From the NCBI RefSeq assembly GCF_009914755.1, contig NC_060930.1: 64,000 bases of DNA; one strand, given 5' to 3'. A model generated the notes under the pieces. The model was not told the DNA's origin and ran no database searches. It worked only from the letters and a program-made list of their open reading frames with translations. The number at the start of each line of letters is the position of its first letter. Within the stretch, counting starts at the first letter, position 1. Below, in pieces: positions 60,560-64,000 of the stretch. The DNA comes from the human T2T-CHM13v2.0 reference genome, Homo sapiens. A program made the translations under genes and the position numbers.

Positions 60560-61557
60560 AAGACGTTTTTAACAAAGAAGAAAATACTTTCACAAAATTG
60601 TCAAGACCTGCTGATTTTAAATTATGCTAGACAAACCTGTATGTGGGGAGAAGTAACAGGACAATAACACCACATACTGTTCTAAGTGGATTTACCATTG
60701 CTAAGCAGTACCCAGTCCCAAAAGGGTTAACAAGACAACCAAGGTATGGACCACAGCCCATGTTTGCCTCTCCAAGCTTAACACTGTAACTAAGGAACAA
60801 AAATTACATGAGAACACAAAGTCCTTTCCAATCTATAATTTTCGTAAAATTCAGAACAGGCTCTAAGGTGGTAACAGAATTTCTTCAGGTGGCAATTTTT
60901 TAGAGAACTAGATTTCTGATTAGATAACAAAATCCTTACCCATTCTACAATGCTACAGTTATGTGCGTATGTCTCAAATATTCTGAGTTAACAAAAGTTT
61001 AAATGTCAGCAGAATAAATAAAACCAAATTTACATAATGCACTGGTCTTTGCAGCTATTACAATCAATACTATCAGATTTCAGGACATAAAGTGTCGCCT
61101 TCTTACCATGTCCTCCCAAAATGACTGCCTGCCAGTGTCACCTGTGTGAGGATGCACACCTCTGACAACAGAAGTGGGTGAAGCCCCGACGAAACCTTGG
61201 GGACCAGCAATGCTTGGGTGCAAGTCTGACTGTCCCTATCTTGGGTAAGTTCCAGGACAGCTCTGAAAGGCAAATCTGGCCCTTGAGACTCGCAGGTCCC
61301 ACTGTCCGTCAGGTGCCGGGGAGAGTCCCTGCACCCAGGTGGTCAAGGGGACAGGCTGGCTCTCCACACCAAAAACATAGCATTTTGGGAAATGCTTATC
61401 ATTTGGCCAATGGCTCAGAACTGCCCTTTTCTTCATAAGGAATGAGAATCATTTGAAAAGTTAAGTGGTCTCCCCTGCAGCAATTGCCTGGCCCACAGGA
61501 TCTCTGGCCCTCAATGTAACCTCATGAGGAGTTTGGACTATCACTGGCTACTCGTCA

Positions 61558-61788
<231 letters not shown>

Positions 61789-64000
61789 CTAAGAGAGATT
61801 CGCAAATCAATTCTTATTAGTTCAATTAAAATAATATGAAGCTAACCCAAGAGGCACAATGTGTTATATGCTATTATCAAATAGTTCCCACCTGTCCTAG
61901 GTTAAGCCAAGTGGTTGGCTGCAAGGCATCTGCAACCTTAATCTGTTCCCATTTCCTTTGGTTTTTCCTCAGTCTAGGGCACCTATGATTACCCAGGCTG
62001 GTGATCTCGAGGTCAACTGAAATTCCTACCCAGGTACCTTGACCCTCCCCCTCAGGTATCTTCTGCTGTTCATTCCCACATCACATCACCACACTCACCT
62101 ACCTCTCATCCTGCCAGAGCCCACTCTCAAGCTGTGTGCTGGAGCAGCCCTACTTTCAGTCTGCTGATCTGATTAATTTCCTCTCCTCCCATGTCAACAC
62201 AGTCCTTAACTCAGCATCCAAGAGCTGTCAAATCCAGCCCCAAACTCCACGGTTCAGACCCACCTTTCAACACACAGTTCCCCAGGGCTGCCTCCCTTTC
62301 CCTTGAGGCCTCTCTTAACATACAGGCTCTTCTGCTACAGACTGTTGAATGTTATTTAAGTTACTGATCATTTAGTTCTATGAAACCAACAGGGAGGGCC
62401 AAGATCCCATCACGTTCCTAGACGTGCCACACTCAACAGAGCTTGCCAAGAGAAATGGACAAAGGCCTTGCTATGCATTCTGCTCCTCTGGTTCTCATTC
62501 CAGTGTGTGTTCTCCTGGCTGGACAGACATCTTCCCATGTCACTCTCCAACTTCCAGGACAGCCTTCAAACTAACGGCCCTAATGAAGGCCCCACAGGGC
62601 TAATCCTACTTAACCAATGCAATGCCATGACTGGCCAGACTCTGGCTTTTATTAGCATTCCCAAGTTCATCATGTGACTTCAAGACCACATTGCTCTGCT
62701 CACCTGACACTTCCCACCCTATTCTTCCAACACATTTTACCAGGGATAATGCCATTCTGGAAATAACGACAAATCCTCAAAACCACCATCCAACAATGCT
62801 GCCCTCCAAAGCAGTCCTTTCCAACATCCCACAAAAACCTTCATTTTAGAAGTAGCAGGAAGGTCAAGCAATCTATGGCCTACCAACAGCTTCAATACTG
62901 ACGAGCAATACAGGTTTCGTTATGACCACATCAACTAGATCAAGGCAGTGGGGTGGACTCTGTAGGCTGAGGGCAAACATGTAAGCCTGACATGGCCCTT
63001 CTGGGGAATTAGCGCAGTCAGTCATGGTGTGCCTGCAGGAATGATGGCAGGACACTGGCCAGACCATGGTTCTAAATGTCAAAGCTTTTGTATACATCCT
63101 TTCTTTTACAGTGCTATGCTCTAGAATCACCAATCCCCATTAAAAAAAACACACCTGGCATTCAAACAGACATGCAATGAGTTTGTTCTTTTATCTTCGA
63201 GATGTAATTTTCTTTACAGGTTTCAGAGCATTAAAGGGGAACTCCAGATACCACCTTGCCCTGCTACTGACTTCAGCCTATGTCCTCCTTACATTGAAAG
63301 GCTGTGAAAGTGGCACCAGGTAGGCATGTGTTGCTTCTGGAGCACTTTCTCCCAAAACACAAGAGCAGCCTGCTGGCACCAACAGAGAAGCTAGGATCCA
63401 AGCTCCGGAGGCTCCGCCCACAGCACATAGCACTGTGAGCCAGCGTGCCGCATCCTGAAACTTCAAGGGGCTGGGATCCCGTCTCCGGCTCCTGTCTCTA
63501 CACAGGACTCTCAAAACAGGTTCTGACCTTAGAAAATTTAGGCCTCCGGCTCTCTGGTGTGCCTAGAAAGTTTTTCCTCTTAGGACTTTGAAACCTCATA
63601 TAACAATTCATAGCCACTCATAAGCATAACTGCAGTATCAAAACAAAAAGGTTAAACATGAAAATTATGACTCACTTTTGAGTTAAAGAACTTTTAATTC
63701 TTGACCAAAGTTGCAAAATTAAAGCCCAAGGATTTCCTTTTTCCTAAGAGATCACATATAGGACATGAACAGGGTCTACAGAGAAGGTGGCCACAGGGTT
63801 TATAAGTGTCCTTGCTTAGGCCACACATTAAAAAAGCGTGATTCTCCAATAACAGGGACCAGACAGAGGCCTTTGGAGAAATGGCTGATTCCAGGACTAG
63901 AACAGGGAACACAAAGGATGAACCTGGTGCATCTCGAGGAGCCAGACAGCAAGGAAGCCTGCAAAGAATGCACGGCTCACACTTCAAGGTGCTCCTAAAG

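Overview
Primate, almost certainly human (6q25.3), genomic DNA containing the convergent 3' ends of two genes. The + strand carries the last nine coding exons of SYTL3 (synaptotagmin-like 3; linker, C2A and C2B domains, stop 49801-49803, AATAAA 50049-50054). The - strand carries the last seven coding exons of EZR (ezrin; FERM F3, helical, polyproline and C-ERMAD regions, stop 52144-52146, distal AATAAA 50999-51004). All exons have GT-AG boundaries and compatible phases. Most ORF-track entries are Alu or random ORFs. The long SYTL3 intron (10798-30651) holds an antisense AMZ2 processed pseudogene inserted next to the splice donor, an internally deleted tRNA-Ile-primed ERV (HERV-I/LTR10-like) with a strong G-to-A hypermutation signature, and a near full-length Hsmar1 transposon. 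The ~0.9 kb gap between the two genes contains an inverted Alu pair and a G-run/G4 element; the MIR3918 hairpin lies just inside the SYTL3 3'UTR, antisense to it and downstream of EZR. Gene and family names come from recalled protein, tRNA and repeat sequences; no database search was run, and repeat boundaries are approximate.
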